A model generated the notes under the pieces. The model worked only from the letters and a program-made list of their open reading frames with translations, was not told the origin of the DNA and made no database searches. Shown piece after piece: positions 35,292-45,221 of a DNA stretch of 64,000 nt (positions are counted from its first letter, which is position 1; every line of letters begins with the position of its first letter). The DNA is from Nitrospirota bacterium (GTDB taxonomy: Bacteria; Nitrospirota; Thermodesulfovibrionia; Thermodesulfovibrionales; JdFR-88). A program made the translations under genes and the position numbers. The DNA lies in the NCBI GenBank assembly GCA_021789935.1, contig JAJYIR010000001.1, positions 75,807 through 139,806 on the forward strand, in the 5' to 3' direction.

Positions 35292-38200
35292 ATGAGTGTA
35301 AACAAGTTCGCAAGCAACGCGGGAAAGGGTATATCGGAGGTCTTCATAAGCCGCCCGGTGGCCACCACCCTTATTATGGCTGCCATCCTCATCTTTGGCA
35401 TAATCGGCTATAAACTGCTGCCGGTAAGCGATCTGCCGAATGTGGACTTCCCGACCATCCAGGTTACGGCGTCCCTGCCCGGCGCGAGCCCGGAAACCAT
35501 GGCATCTTCCGTGGCAACACCTCTTGAGCGCCAGTTCTCGACGATAGCCGGACTGGACTCCATGACTTCCACCAACGCGCTTGGAAACACGCAGATAACC
35601 CTTCAGTTCAGCCTGAGCAGAAACCTGGACGCCGCGGCCCAGGACGTGCAGTCCTCAATCACCGCGGCATCGAGCCAGCTCCCGCAGGGCATGCCCGCTC
35701 CGCCAACTTTCCAGAAGGTGAACCCGGCGGAGCAGCCCGTAATCTATCTTGCGGTCCTCTCCCCCACCCTCCCGCTCTCGCAGGTGGACGAGTACGCAGA
35801 AACGCTTATGGCCGAGCACATCTCTATGGTAAGCGGGGTCGCGCAGGTTTCCGTTTTCGGTTCGCAGAAATACGCGGTCAGGATCCAGCTGAACCCGCAG
35901 GCGCTTGCGTCCGCCGGGATAGGCATAGACGAGGCGGAAAACGCCGTCGCAAACGGCAACGTGAACCTGCCCACCGGCACCCTATGGGGCACGCACAAGG
36001 CATATACGGTGCAGACCTCGGGCCAGCTTGAGGACGCCCAGGCGTACAGGCCGCTGATTGTGGCCTATAGAAACGGCTCCCCGATCCGTTTGGATCAGCT
36101 TGGCAAAGTGGTAGACAGCGTCGCAAACAACAGGCTTGCCAGCTGGTACAACGGGCAGCGCGGAATCGTTCTTGCCATACAGCGGCAGCCCGGCACCAAT
36201 ACGGTCGCGGTGGTTAAGGCGATAAAGGCCCTTCTGCCCCAGCTCAAGTCCCAGATTCCGGCATCCGTCCAGGTGCATGTCCTTTACGACAGGTCGGTTT
36301 CCATCCGGCAGTCCGTAAACGACGTAAAGATGACGCTGTTTATCTCCCTGTGCCTTGTGGTGCTTGTGATATTCCTATTCCTCAGGAACGTCTCTGCGAC
36401 CATCATACCCAGTCTTGCGCTTCCAATGTCCATAATAGGCACGTTTGTCGCCATGTACATCCTGGGCTACAGCCTGGACAACCTGTCACTCATGGCATTG
36501 ACGCTGTCAGTGGGCTTCGTGGTGGACGATGCCATTGTCATGCTGGAAAACATAGTCCGCCACAGCGAAAACGGCGAAGGGGTGCTGGAGGCCGCTCTAA
36601 ACGGCTCCAAAGAGATAGGGTTCACCATAGTTTCCATGACTTTTTCACTTGTGGCGGTCTTCATTCCCGTGCTCTTCATGAGCGGGATAATGGGAAGGCT
36701 CCTGCATGAATTCGCCGTCACCATAAGCATGGCGGTCCTTATATCCGGTTTCGTTTCCCTTACGCTCACGCCCATGCTTGCCAGCCGCATACTTAAGCCG
36801 GCCTCCGAGGTCCACCATGGCCGCATCTACAACGCCTCCGAGCGGGTATTTACCTGGATGCTCCATTCGTATGAAGTGAGCCTCAAATGGGTGCTCAGGC
36901 ACAAAAAAACCGTTTTTATTTTCTGGGTGGCCCTGATTGTATTTACCATCTACTTCTTCACGATAATGCCGAAAGGCTTCCTCCCCAGCGAGGATACCGG
37001 CCAGATATTCGCGTTCACCGAGGCCCAGCAGGGAATATCTTTCGACTCAATGGAAAAGCACCAGCTTGCCGTCATGAATATAGTTAAAAAAGACCCCTAT
37101 GTAAAGGCCTTCATGTCCGCAATAGGGCCAAGCGGCATAAGCATTGCCGAAAACCAGGGCCGTATGTTCATGCGTTTAAAACCCCGCAATGAGCGTCCGA
37201 GCGCAGACAAAATAATACAGGAACTCCGTCCGAAGCTGGCCGTCGTGCCCGGCATCGGCGTATTTATGCAAAACCTGCCCCCGATACGTATAGGCGGCAC
37301 CCTAACAAAAAGCCAGTACCAGTTTTCCCTCCAAAGCCCGGACACCACGGAACTCTATAGGATAGTCCCTCAGCTTGAAGCCAAAATGAGGCAGATCCCG
37401 GGGCTTCAGGATGTTACAAGCGACCTGGAGATAAGCAACCCGCAGATCAACATAAACATAAACAGAAACAAGGCCTCTGCCCTAGGCGTAACCGCTCAGC
37501 AGATAGAAAACGCCCTTTACACCGCCTACGGCTCGAGGCAGATATCCACCATCTATGCCGCCAATGACGAATACCAGGTCATTATGGAGCTTGAGCCCCA
37601 ATACCAGATGGACCCCGAAGCCCTTTCGCTGCTCTATGTGCGCTCCAGCTCAGGACAACTCGTACCTCTGAACACGGTGGCAACTATTTCGAAGGGCGTT
37701 GGGCCCCTTACCATAAACCACATAGGCCAGATACCGGCCGTGACGATCTCATTTAACCTCAAGCCCGGAGTGGCCCTCGGAGACGCAGTGGCAAAGGTAA
37801 GGAAGATGGCGGCCCAGATAATCCCTCCCACCGTAACAGCCAGTTTCCAGGGCACGGCCCAGGCGTTCGAATCCTCCGTAACCGGGCTGGGGCTTCTCCT
37901 GATCGTGGCGATCTTCGTAATCTACATAGTGCTTGGCATATTGTATGAGAGCTTCATACACCCCCTGACAATACTTTCAGGCCTGCCATCTGCCGCCTTT
38001 GGCGCACTCCTAACGCTATATATCTTCCATATGGAGCTCAACATATATGGTTTCGTGGGCGTTATCATGCTCATAGGCATTGTAAAGAAAAACGCCATCA
38101 TGATGATAGATTTTGCGCTGGAGGCCGAAAGAAAGGAAGGGAAAACCCCGGCAGAAGCCATATTCCAGGGCTGCCTCACACGTTTCCGCCCTATAATGAT

Positions 38201-38408
38201 GACCACCATGGCCGCACTGATGGGGACGCTTCCCATTGCGGTAGGTTTTGGGGCCGGGGCCGAGTCCCGCCGCCCGCTGGGGCTTGCGGTGGTGGGCGGG
38301 CTCATTTTCTCTCAACTCATAACCCTCTACATAACGCCTGTCATCTACATCTATATGGACAAGCTCCAGATAAAGCTGGGCAAACGTTTAAGCGCTCCGG
38401 CCAAATAG
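35292..38408 (+). CDS. RND multidrug efflux permease (AcrB/MdtB-type, HAE1)
   Basis: 1038 aa and 12-TM topology. FISRPVATTLIMAAILIFG start, and conserved VGFVVDDAIVMLENI and IGIVKKNAIMMIDFA. Confidence 0.95.
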   Translation: MSVNKFASNAGKGISEVFISRPVATTLIMAAILIFGIIGYKLLPVSDLPNVDFPTIQVTASLPGASPETMASSVATPLERQFSTIAGLDSMTSTNALGNTQITLQFSLSRNLDAAAQDVQSSITAASSQLPQGMPAPPTFQKVNPAEQPVIYLAVLSPTLPLSQVDEYAETLMAEHISMVSGVAQVSVFGSQKYAVRIQLNPQALASAGIGIDEAENAVANGNVNLPTGTLWGTHKAYTVQTSGQLEDAQAYRPLIVAYRNGSPIRLDQLGKVVDSVANNRLASWYNGQRGIVLAIQRQPGTNTVAVVKAIKALLPQLKSQIPASVQVHVLYDRSVSIRQSVNDVKMTLFISLCLVVLVIFLFLRNVSATIIPSLALPMSIIGTFVAMYILGYSLDNLSLMALTLSVGFVVDDAIVMLENIVRHSENGEGVLEAALNGSKEIGFTIVSMTFSLVAVFIPVLFMSGIMGRLLHEFAVTISMAVLISGFVSLTLTPMLASRILKPASEVHHGRIYNASERVFTWMLHSYEVSLKWVLRHKKTVFIFWVALIVFTIYFFTIMPKGFLPSEDTGQIFAFTEAQQGISFDSMEKHQLAVMNIVKKDPYVKAFMSAIGPSGISIAENQGRMFMRLKPRNERPSADKIIQELRPKLAVVPGIGVFMQNLPPIRIGGTLTKSQYQFSLQSPDTTELYRIVPQLEAKMRQIPGLQDVTSDLEISNPQINININRNKASALGVTAQQIENALYTAYGSRQISTIYAANDEYQVIMELEPQYQMDPEALSLLYVRSSSGQLVPLNTVATISKGVGPLTINHIGQIPAVTISFNLKPGVALGDAVAKVRKMAAQIIPPTVTASFQGTAQAFESSVTGLGLLLIVAIFVIYIVLGILYESFIHPLTILSGLPSAAFGALLTLYIFHMELNIYGFVGVIMLIGIVKKNAIMMIDFALEAERKEGKTPAEAIFQGCLTRFRPIMMTTMAALMGTLPIAVGFGAGAESRRPLGLAVVGGLIFSQLITLYITPVIYIYMDKLQIKLGKRLSAPAK

Positions 38409-38451
38409 CTGGCCGCCGCAAAGTAAAAGTTTTACCCTCCCCATTTTTTTC

Positions 38452-38495
38452 AAGGTAATGTCCCGGTTTGTAAGCTGGGACATTACCTTTTTTAT
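38452..38495 (+). terminator. Rho-independent terminator of the RND operon
   Basis: AAGGTAATGTCCC pairs with GGGACATTACCTT and is followed by a T-run. Confidence 0.8.
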
Positions 38496-38565
38496 TTTAC
38501 GGTTAAAGGCATGCGTGATAAAAATTAAGCATGGATGCGGATTCCCAGCGGGGACCGGCGCGAAT

Positions 38566-38594
38566 TAAAAAAGGGGCCATGCGGGCATGGCCCC
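38566..38594 (-). terminator. Rho-independent terminator of the PEP-CTERM gene
   Basis: On the minus strand GGGGCCATG pairs with CATGGCCCC and is followed by TTTTTTAATT. Confidence 0.75.
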
Positions 38595-38617
38595 TTCCGT
38601 TTTATGGAAGCATTTGT

Positions 38618-39349
38618 TTAAATGTTCTTAATTGCCGATCTTCTTCTCATCAGTAAAGCGCACGCAAGGCCCGCGCACAGAAGAAGCAATGCGGAAGGCT
38701 CAGGCACGGGTTGATAAACCAGTTGGTTCTGCTGAACGGTCCCACAGGAGTCAACAATATTGAGCACCTCCGTGCCCCAGTACCCCGAGGGGTTTTCAGC
38801 GCCAAGGTTTCCGCCCACATAACTGGTGACATAGGCATTATACCAATCTGAAGTGGTAGAAAATGTCGTCCCGATCGACGATTCCGGCGTCCCACCCACC
38901 GTGGTATCTTCACCCTGGAGATACCAAAGCAGATTTTGAAAATCAGACTGCTGGGAGGCCGTAAGCGTACCGAATTTGTGGTTCGCATACTGTGCATAGA
39001 TCCAGTTGGCAGCGCCTGTAAGCTGCCCTTCTCCTTTTATAGAAGAGTTGCCGTTTGGATCAGATTTACTCCATCCTACGATGTCCGATACATTTCCTAC
39101 AGTATACGAACTCCATCCGATGTCCACGTTATCCTGGATGCAAAACGTGCCTATCTGAAATTTAGATACACCCGTGCCCCATACATTAAAGTCCATTACT
39201 CCGGCGCCATAACCATTGTAGCCGGTCGTGTTGGCGCTGGCCAGCTGAATGGAGTCCCCTGCAACAACATAGGGGGTCGCAAAAGCTGCCGTCGCAACCA
39301 TCATAAGAAACAGCGACGCCAACAAAATAATTTTTACCATACTTTTCAT
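38618..39349 (-). CDS. PEP-CTERM sorting-domain secreted protein
   Basis: N-terminal signal peptide. C-terminal VPEPSALLLLCAGLACALLMRRR (PEP motif, TM helix, basic tail). AAGGAG SD. Confidence 0.85.
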   Translation of the reverse strand: MKSMVKIILLASLFLMMVATAAFATPYVVAGDSIQLASANTTGYNGYGAGVMDFNVWGTGVSKFQIGTFCIQDNVDIGWSSYTVGNVSDIVGWSKSDPNGNSSIKGEGQLTGAANWIYAQYANHKFGTLTASQQSDFQNLLWYLQGEDTTVGGTPESSIGTTFSTTSDWYNAYVTSYVGGNLGAENPSGYWGTEVLNIVDSCGTVQQNQLVYQPVPEPSALLLLCAGLACALLMRRRSAIKNI

Positions 39350-39391
39350 TTTTCAAGGCTCCTTTTTTAAGAACTAACAACAGCCCGTAAA

Positions 39392-39408
39392 TTGCAAGAA
39401 ATATGCCT
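39392..39408 (-). promoter_or_regulatory. Candidate sigma-54 (-24/-12) promoter for the PEP-CTERM gene
   Basis: The minus strand reads AGGCATATTTCTTGCAA. GG and GC are separated by 10 nt as in TGGCAC-N5-TTGCA. It lies about 45 nt upstream of the ATG. Confidence 0.45.
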
Positions 39409-39683
39409 AATAAGAAACACGTTGATTTTACAGGATATACCTGTGCGAACACCGAAAAACTGTAAGGAATTCCCGACACTCTTTCCGGAAAAGTTTACAG
39501 TTTTTAATTCCCAAATTTCTTCCGCAAAGCCCCCGCTTAAGGAAACTGAAGCTTTGCCTCCTTCTTCGCTGCCGTCAGCCCCGTCCGGTAAGGAATTATG
39601 CCTTCCTGCCCGCAGTATACGAAGTCACAACTAACGACCGGTTTAAAAAGAATCCGTATGTGCCCATGCATTGATTTTCCCGC

Positions 39684-39712
39684 TTGACATGCCCCCTGTT
39701 TACACCTATTAT
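39684..39712 (+). promoter_or_regulatory. Candidate sigma-70 promoter with a long (about 270 nt) leader
   Basis: TTGACA (39684-39689), a 17-nt spacer, then TATTAT (39707-39712). Confidence 0.4.
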
Positions 39713-39989
39713 TGCCTTAACACACATCGTTTCTCCATAAATATCATGGCGCAAAATACCATGATCATACCGGCCTGACGGCCTGAATATAGATACCCAG
39801 GATAGTACAAACAAACGGACATTATCATTTTTTTTGAATATACGCCGAACTTTTCCGTTGCCGCAGTGCTGAAAATTTTGTGCACCTGCAGCCGCGCAAA
39901 AAACCCCGGCAAACCCGATAGTAAGGGAGGCGATGATCCAATGTGAGCTCAAAAGGGGAGAGCAACTTTTTGCATCAAAAGGAGAACCG

Positions 39990-40199
39990 ATGAATTACGG
40001 TAAATTTTTTGACTGGGCCAGACACAAAGCCTCAAATCTTATAACGGTGCGGGACATTTTTTTCTTCTTTTTAGGAATTGCCATTGCCTTCTATGCAGCT
40101 TTCCATGTTTATCAGTGGAGAATGGGAGAAGCAAAAAAAATAGGGGCCGTTGTATTTGAAAACACTCCGTATATTTTTAAGCAGACAATGGCACAATAA
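39990..40199 (+). CDS. Small membrane protein (69 aa, one TM)
   Basis: AAAGGAG SD before the ATG at 39990. TM segment IFFFFLGIAIAFYAAFHVY. Confidence 0.4.
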   Translation: MNYGKFFDWARHKASNLITVRDIFFFFLGIAIAFYAAFHVYQWRMGEAKKIGAVVFENTPYIFKQTMAQ

Positions 40200-40216
40200 T
40201 GGAAAGGAGCTGTCAA

Positions 40217-40407
40217 TGAAAATCAAAGAAGCCAAACTCTGTGTAAATTGCGAAGAAGTCTTTTCCTACTTCGATTCAAAAAACGGCTGCTGCCCTGTTT
40301 GCGGTTCCTGCGTTACCATTTTCGTGGTCCGGGCCTGGACGGAGAAAAAAGGCCATGGTGAGAAAATAAAGATCGGGGAAGAAGAACACGCGCGTGTTGC
40401 GAACTAG
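40217..40407 (+). CDS. Small zinc-ribbon protein (63 aa)
   Basis: AAAGGAG SD. CVNC...(13 aa)...CPVC pairs. Confidence 0.45.
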
Positions 40408-40915
40408 GATCGGAGTTTCCATACTCATTGTTCTGAACTGGCTTTTGATCAGCAAGTTCATGTTGATCATAGTCCCTGTGCATTTACAGGACCAAAAGCA
40501 AATTCAGATCGGCAGGCTGATAGAGGAATTCCACCTCTCATCAAAGCTTGCCAGCAGTTTTTATAATATCGGCGAAGACACCCAGATGGACCCTTTCCTT
40601 CTTTGTTCCATTGCGCAGACGGAAAGCAGATTCAGATTGAATGCAAGAAGTCCAAAGAACTACAAGGGGATACTGCAAACTCCTTTTGCAACCATGAAAT
40701 GGGCGGATGTGGATATCCTGATCGGGGCCAGGATATTGAAAGACAAACTCTGGATTGCTAATGGTGACCTCCTGAAAGCCCTTCAACTTTATAAAGGCGG
40801 CAACAATCCTGAAGCCCTGAAAGAGGCAAAAGACGTTCTCAGGATATATGACGATGCAAAACTGAATGAAGACACCGCTTCCTTCCCGGCCGGAAACCGT
40901 CCCTTCATTTTTTAA
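40394..40915 (+). CDS. Membrane-anchored lytic transglycosylase (SLT domain)
   Basis: N-terminal TM, then LLCSIAQTESRFRLNARSPKNYKGILQ (catalytic E-S motif) and YKGG. Confidence 0.7.
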   Translation: MLRTRIGVSILIVLNWLLISKFMLIIVPVHLQDQKQIQIGRLIEEFHLSSKLASSFYNIGEDTQMDPFLLCSIAQTESRFRLNARSPKNYKGILQTPFATMKWADVDILIGARILKDKLWIANGDLLKALQLYKGGNNPEALKEAKDVLRIYDDAKLNEDTASFPAGNRPFIF

Positions 40916-41203
40916 AAGGGAATTTACTCTTGCTGCTTACCAGTTTGCCTCATCCACTCTTACTTTAATGAGATACTGCCACCAGCAATGTACCACCTGC
41001 TGTTACATCAAATGGCCGGCAATATCTTGGAATTTTCAGCATCTTGTTAAAAAATAAGGGTTTAGACAATGATGGAGAGCACCTGTGTAAAGTGATACAA
41101 TTTGGTTCGTGCGGGTGGGGACGATGATGACCTATAGAGTCAACTTGCAATGGGCTAAGCAGCCAATTTTGAAGTGCGACCGCATAGCGGAGGCTGCACG
41201 GAT

Positions 41204-42199
41204 ATGATACGTCGCACACGTTTTGCCATAATTGCGCTAATTGTATTCATCCTGGTTGCAGCCGTATTTTTGTTTTGGCCGCCCACCAGGCGGTTTTTAT
41301 TCGGCCCTCCCGCCAAGCCGCGGGAAATCGTAGTTTCCGGCAATATCGAGGCACATCAGAGCGTGCTGAACTTCACAGAGATTCAGGCGCCTATCGTCTA
41401 TCTCCCTTTCGATGAGGGGAAATATGTCGAGGCGGGCACAGTGCTGGCGCGTGCCGACGATCGCTTCTACCGCAAGCAACTGCATATCGGCCTCGCGAAC
41501 CTTCAGGTAGCCCGAAAGCAAATCGCCGTGAATCAGAGCAGCCTCGCGGCGGTACAAAACACGGTAGCTAATGACCAGTTCGATCTTGCGGAGAAAAACC
41601 GGGAGTATATTCGCGACAAGGCCCAATTAAAAGCCGGCGCGGTTTCCCGCCTGGACTTTGATCGTGCCTCTACCGCAGCGGCGCAGTCGGCCGCTACGCT
41701 CGCACACGACCAGGCCCAGGTCCGTGTTGCGCGCAACAACATCGGGCTTGCGCAGGCCAATTTGAAGGCAGCCGAGGCAAAGGTGGGACTTGACCGGGTG
41801 ACCATATCTTATACCACACTGCGGGCTCCTTTCAGCGGCGTGCTTGCAGTACGCCAGGCGGAACTGGGCGAACTGGCCGCCCCCGGAGTGGCCATCTTTA
41901 CTCTCGACGATCTTGACCATGTCTGGCTTCGCGCCTATGTGAACGAGACAAATCTTGGCCAGGTTCGGCTTGGTGAGACGGTAACAGTCACCACCGATAC
42001 GTATCCCGGCAAAATCTACCACGGCCGCATCGGCTTCATTTCCTCAGAAGCCGAGTTCACTCCCAAAACGGTCGAGACCCACGCGCAAAGGGTGACGCTG
42101 GTCTATCGGATCCGCATCGATATTTACAATCCGGCCCACGAACTGCTGCCGGGCATGCCGGGAAATGCGACAATCTCATTACTGCCAGCGGGGAAATGA
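41204..42199 (+). CDS. HlyD-family adaptor protein (YbhG-like)
   Basis: N-terminal TM, coiled-coil hairpin, LRAPFSGVL, and the C-terminal FTPKTVET...RVTLVYRIRI typical of YbhG/YhiI-type adaptors. GGAGG SD before the ATG at 41204. Confidence 0.85.
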   Translation: MIRRTRFAIIALIVFILVAAVFLFWPPTRRFLFGPPAKPREIVVSGNIEAHQSVLNFTEIQAPIVYLPFDEGKYVEAGTVLARADDRFYRKQLHIGLANLQVARKQIAVNQSSLAAVQNTVANDQFDLAEKNREYIRDKAQLKAGAVSRLDFDRASTAAAQSAATLAHDQAQVRVARNNIGLAQANLKAAEAKVGLDRVTISYTTLRAPFSGVLAVRQAELGELAAPGVAIFTLDDLDHVWLRAYVNETNLGQVRLGETVTVTTDTYPGKIYHGRIGFISSEAEFTPKTVETHAQRVTLVYRIRIDIYNPAHELLPGMPGNATISLLPAGK

Positions 42200-42200
42200 C

Positions 42201-43133
42201 ATGGAAACGAAAGACATCGTCATTCGCACAGAAGGGCTCACAAAAAATTTTGGGCCGTTACAAGCGATGCGAGAGGTCGATTTAGCAATCTATCGGGGAG
42301 AGATATTCGGCCTGGTCGGCCCAGATGGAGCGGGCAAGACCACCATCATGCGGATGCTTTCCGGCGTAATGCGCCCGGATGCAGGCAAGATCTATGTCGA
42401 CGGCGTGGACGTTGGCGCCAATGCCGAAGGTGCCAAGCTGCGCTTGAGCTACATGCCCCAGCGTTTCGGACTCTATGAGGATCTGACGGTCGCGGAAAAT
42501 ATCTTTTTTTACGGCGAGCTTTTTTCCGTGCCGCGCGGCGAGCGCGTCGCGCGAAGCAATGAATTGCTGGAGGCGGCAGGGCTCCTTCCATTTCGCCGGC
42601 GCCTGGCGGGCCAACTCTCAGGAGGCATGAAACAGAAACTCGGTCTCGTCTGTGCTCTCATCCATACCCCTCACGTGCTCCTTCTTGATGAGCCGACGAC
42701 CGGGGTCGATCCTGTTTCCCGGCGGGACTTCTGGGCGATCCTCTATAACCTGCGCGAAACCGGCGTCACGATCCTGCTTTCCACAGCCTACATGGACGAG
42801 GCGGAACGTTGCTCCCGCCTGGCACTGCTGCATAACGGAGAGGTCCGTTATTGCGATACACCCGCAGGCATCAAGAAGGCAATGCCGGGAGCGCTGCTCG
42901 CCATCATCTCAGCCGGCCCTCGTCTGCTTCGCGAAATCGTTTCAGGCCAACCCGGCGTGCTTGGTGTCTTGCTCATGGGTGACCGCCTCCATGTGCGCGT
43001 CGACGATTCCACACGGCGTATCCCCGAACTGCAAATGCTCCTTGCCGGGCATGGCATAACAGGGGCCGACATCCAGACAGCCGAGCCCGGAATCGAGGAT
43101 GTCTTCGTCGCCCTGCTTGGGGGGACCGTATGA
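42201..43133 (+). CDS. ABC transporter ATP-binding protein (first of two)
   Basis: Walker A GPDGAGKTT, signature LSGGMKQKL, Walker B LLLDEPT. Confidence 0.9.
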   Translation: METKDIVIRTEGLTKNFGPLQAMREVDLAIYRGEIFGLVGPDGAGKTTIMRMLSGVMRPDAGKIYVDGVDVGANAEGAKLRLSYMPQRFGLYEDLTVAENIFFYGELFSVPRGERVARSNELLEAAGLLPFRRRLAGQLSGGMKQKLGLVCALIHTPHVLLLDEPTTGVDPVSRRDFWAILYNLRETGVTILLSTAYMDEAERCSRLALLHNGEVRYCDTPAGIKKAMPGALLAIISAGPRLLREIVSGQPGVLGVLLMGDRLHVRVDDSTRRIPELQMLLAGHGITGADIQTAEPGIEDVFVALLGGTV

Positions 43134-44083
43134 GCGCAGGCGCACCCGCGGTCCTGGCGCAGGGACTGACCAAGCGGTTCAAGGCCTTCACGGCTGTGGA
43201 CCACCTCGATTTAAGGATCAAAAAGGGCGAGATCATCGGCTTTATCGGTCCAAACGGCGCTGGCAAATCCACCACAATTCGTATGTTGTGCGGGCTGCTC
43301 CACCCAAGTGAAGGCCGCGCCTGGGTAGCCGGATTCGATGTGGACCGCCAGCCGGAGGCCGTGCGCGAGCATATCGGCTATATGTCTCAGAAATTTTCAC
43401 TCTATGGCGACCTGACGGTGCGCGAGAATCTCCTCTTTTTTGGCGGCATCTACCGTGTCCCGCGCCGCGACTTTAACGAGCGGATGCGGTTCGCTGTTTC
43501 CATGGCCGGGCTTGAAGGCCGCGAGAATGCCCTGGTACGCACGCTGGCCGGCGGCTGGAAGCAGCGCCTAGCTCTGGGCTGCGCGATCCTCCACCGTCCG
43601 CCTATTCTCTTTCTGGACGAGCCCACATCGGGAGTCGAACCCGAGGCGCGGAGGCGCTTCTGGGATCTTATCCACGAACTCGCGGCAGAGCAGGTCACCA
43701 TCCTTGTGTCCACACATTATATGGATGAAGCGGAATACTGCAACCGCATTGCCCTCATCGACCGCGGCAAACTCATTGCCAGCGGGACACCCGGTGAACT
43801 GCGCGCGCGCCGGCTGCGCGGCGAACTCTTCGAAATCAGCTGCACGCCGTTAGGGGCCGCAGTAAAAGTCCTGACTGGTACGCCAGGCGTGGTCGAGGCC
43901 GCAATATTCGGAGACAAGCTCCACGTCGTGCTCGGTGAAGGCGGCATCAGCGCCACCGATCTTCCCGGCTATTTCGGTGAGCATGGAATTCAGGCGGGTC
44001 CCGCTCACCGCGTTACACCAAGCCTGGAAGACATCTTCGTCCAGCTCGTTTCCGGCAGACGGGAACGGAGGACCTTGCCATGA
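43130..44083 (+). CDS. ABC transporter ATP-binding protein (second of two)
   Basis: GPNGAGKST, LAGGWKQRL and LFLDEPTSG. Start and stop overlap the flanking genes. Confidence 0.9.
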   Translation: MSAGAPAVLAQGLTKRFKAFTAVDHLDLRIKKGEIIGFIGPNGAGKSTTIRMLCGLLHPSEGRAWVAGFDVDRQPEAVREHIGYMSQKFSLYGDLTVRENLLFFGGIYRVPRRDFNERMRFAVSMAGLEGRENALVRTLAGGWKQRLALGCAILHRPPILFLDEPTSGVEPEARRRFWDLIHELAAEQVTILVSTHYMDEAEYCNRIALIDRGKLIASGTPGELRARRLRGELFEISCTPLGAAVKVLTGTPGVVEAAIFGDKLHVVLGEGGISATDLPGYFGEHGIQAGPAHRVTPSLEDIFVQLVSGRRERRTLP

Positions 44084-45216
44084 ATGTCCGGAGGCTGTTT
44101 GCCATGGCGTACAAAGAGACGCTGCAAATCTGGCGGGACCCGCGCAGCCTCGCTATTGCGCTCCTGATGCCGCTGATGCAGCTGGTCCTCCTGGGCTATG
44201 GCGTAAGCCTCGACATCAGGCATGTGCCGCTATGTGTCTACGATCAGGAAAATAGTCAGCAGAGCCGCGCTGTCGTAAAAAGCTTCGTCTCTTCGGACTG
44301 GTTCTCGATTAGCCGAACTATCCATAACCAGACCGGTATTGACTACGCCCTGAACCGCGATCAGTGCATCGCTGCCCTTGTCATCCCGGCCGATTTCTCG
44401 CGCCGGCTTGCGGCTACGGGCACCGCGCCCGTGCAGGCTGTCTTCGATGCAACCGACGTCAATACGACCAATATTGCGCTGGGCTACGCCCAGGGCGTAG
44501 TGGCACAGACCAATGCTCAAATCGCTGACGGGTGGGCTGCCACCCATGGCATCCTGCCGTCTTTGGTTGGCCAGGTCGACCTCGATCCCAGCACCTGGTT
44601 CAATGAGACCCTTGACAGCAAAAACTTCATCATCCCCGGAGTGGTCGCGGTGATACTTGCGCTCGTCGGCGCCGAACTCACCTCTCTGACCATTTCGCGC
44701 GAGTGGGAGCGCGGGACCATGGAGCAACTGATATCGACCCCCGTTACGGCCACTGAAGTCATGCTCGGCAAGCTCATACCTTATTTCGCAATCGGCTTTA
44801 TCGATGCCGGTTTTTGTCTCGTCAGCGCCGTCTATTGGTTCGGCGTGCCTTTCCGGGGCAATATCGGCACGCTTCTCATCACCACTGGACTTTTCATTGT
44901 GGTCGTGATGGGCATCGGTTATCTTATTTCCGTGAGGATCCGCAGTCAGCTTGGCGCAAGCCAGATCGCCCTTGTCCTTACCATGCTGCCCACGACCCTG
45001 CTTTCGGGCTACACCTTTCCGATCGACCAGATGCCTGCCCCGATCCGTGCCATCACCTTCGTTGTCTACTCGCGGTATTATGTAACAATCCTCCGCTCGG
45101 TCTTCCTCAAAGGCAGCGGGCTATCCGACTTATGGGCACCGCTCCTCGGCCTTTCCATTTATGCCTTGATCATCATATGGCTCGCAGCGCGGGCCTTTCA
45201 TAAGGCTCTGGATTAG
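44080..45216 (+). CDS. ABC-2 type permease (YbhS/YbhR-like)
   Basis: N-terminal TM, a large periplasmic loop, then five TMs. EWERGTMEQLISTP motif. Confidence 0.85.
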   Translation: MNVRRLFAMAYKETLQIWRDPRSLAIALLMPLMQLVLLGYGVSLDIRHVPLCVYDQENSQQSRAVVKSFVSSDWFSISRTIHNQTGIDYALNRDQCIAALVIPADFSRRLAATGTAPVQAVFDATDVNTTNIALGYAQGVVAQTNAQIADGWAATHGILPSLVGQVDLDPSTWFNETLDSKNFIIPGVVAVILALVGAELTSLTISREWERGTMEQLISTPVTATEVMLGKLIPYFAIGFIDAGFCLVSAVYWFGVPFRGNIGTLLITTGLFIVVVMGIGYLISVRIRSQLGASQIALVLTMLPTTLLSGYTFPIDQMPAPIRAITFVVYSRYYVTILRSVFLKGSGLSDLWAPLLGLSIYALIIIWLAARAFHKALD

Positions 45217-45221
45217 CGCCC

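Noticed and set aside
39891-39920. CGCAAA and GGCAAACC elements in the long leader, reminiscent of the c-di-GMP-I (GEMM) riboswitch.
   Set aside because: The order of the two elements is reversed relative to GEMM-I, and I could not build the P1/P2 helices. I kept only the general 'long leader' observation.
39596-39952. A 118-aa minus-strand ORF in the AT-rich intergenic region.
   Set aside because: It has no SD, no recognisable motif and unusual composition. It overlaps the predicted plus-strand promoter and leader, so it is probably spurious.
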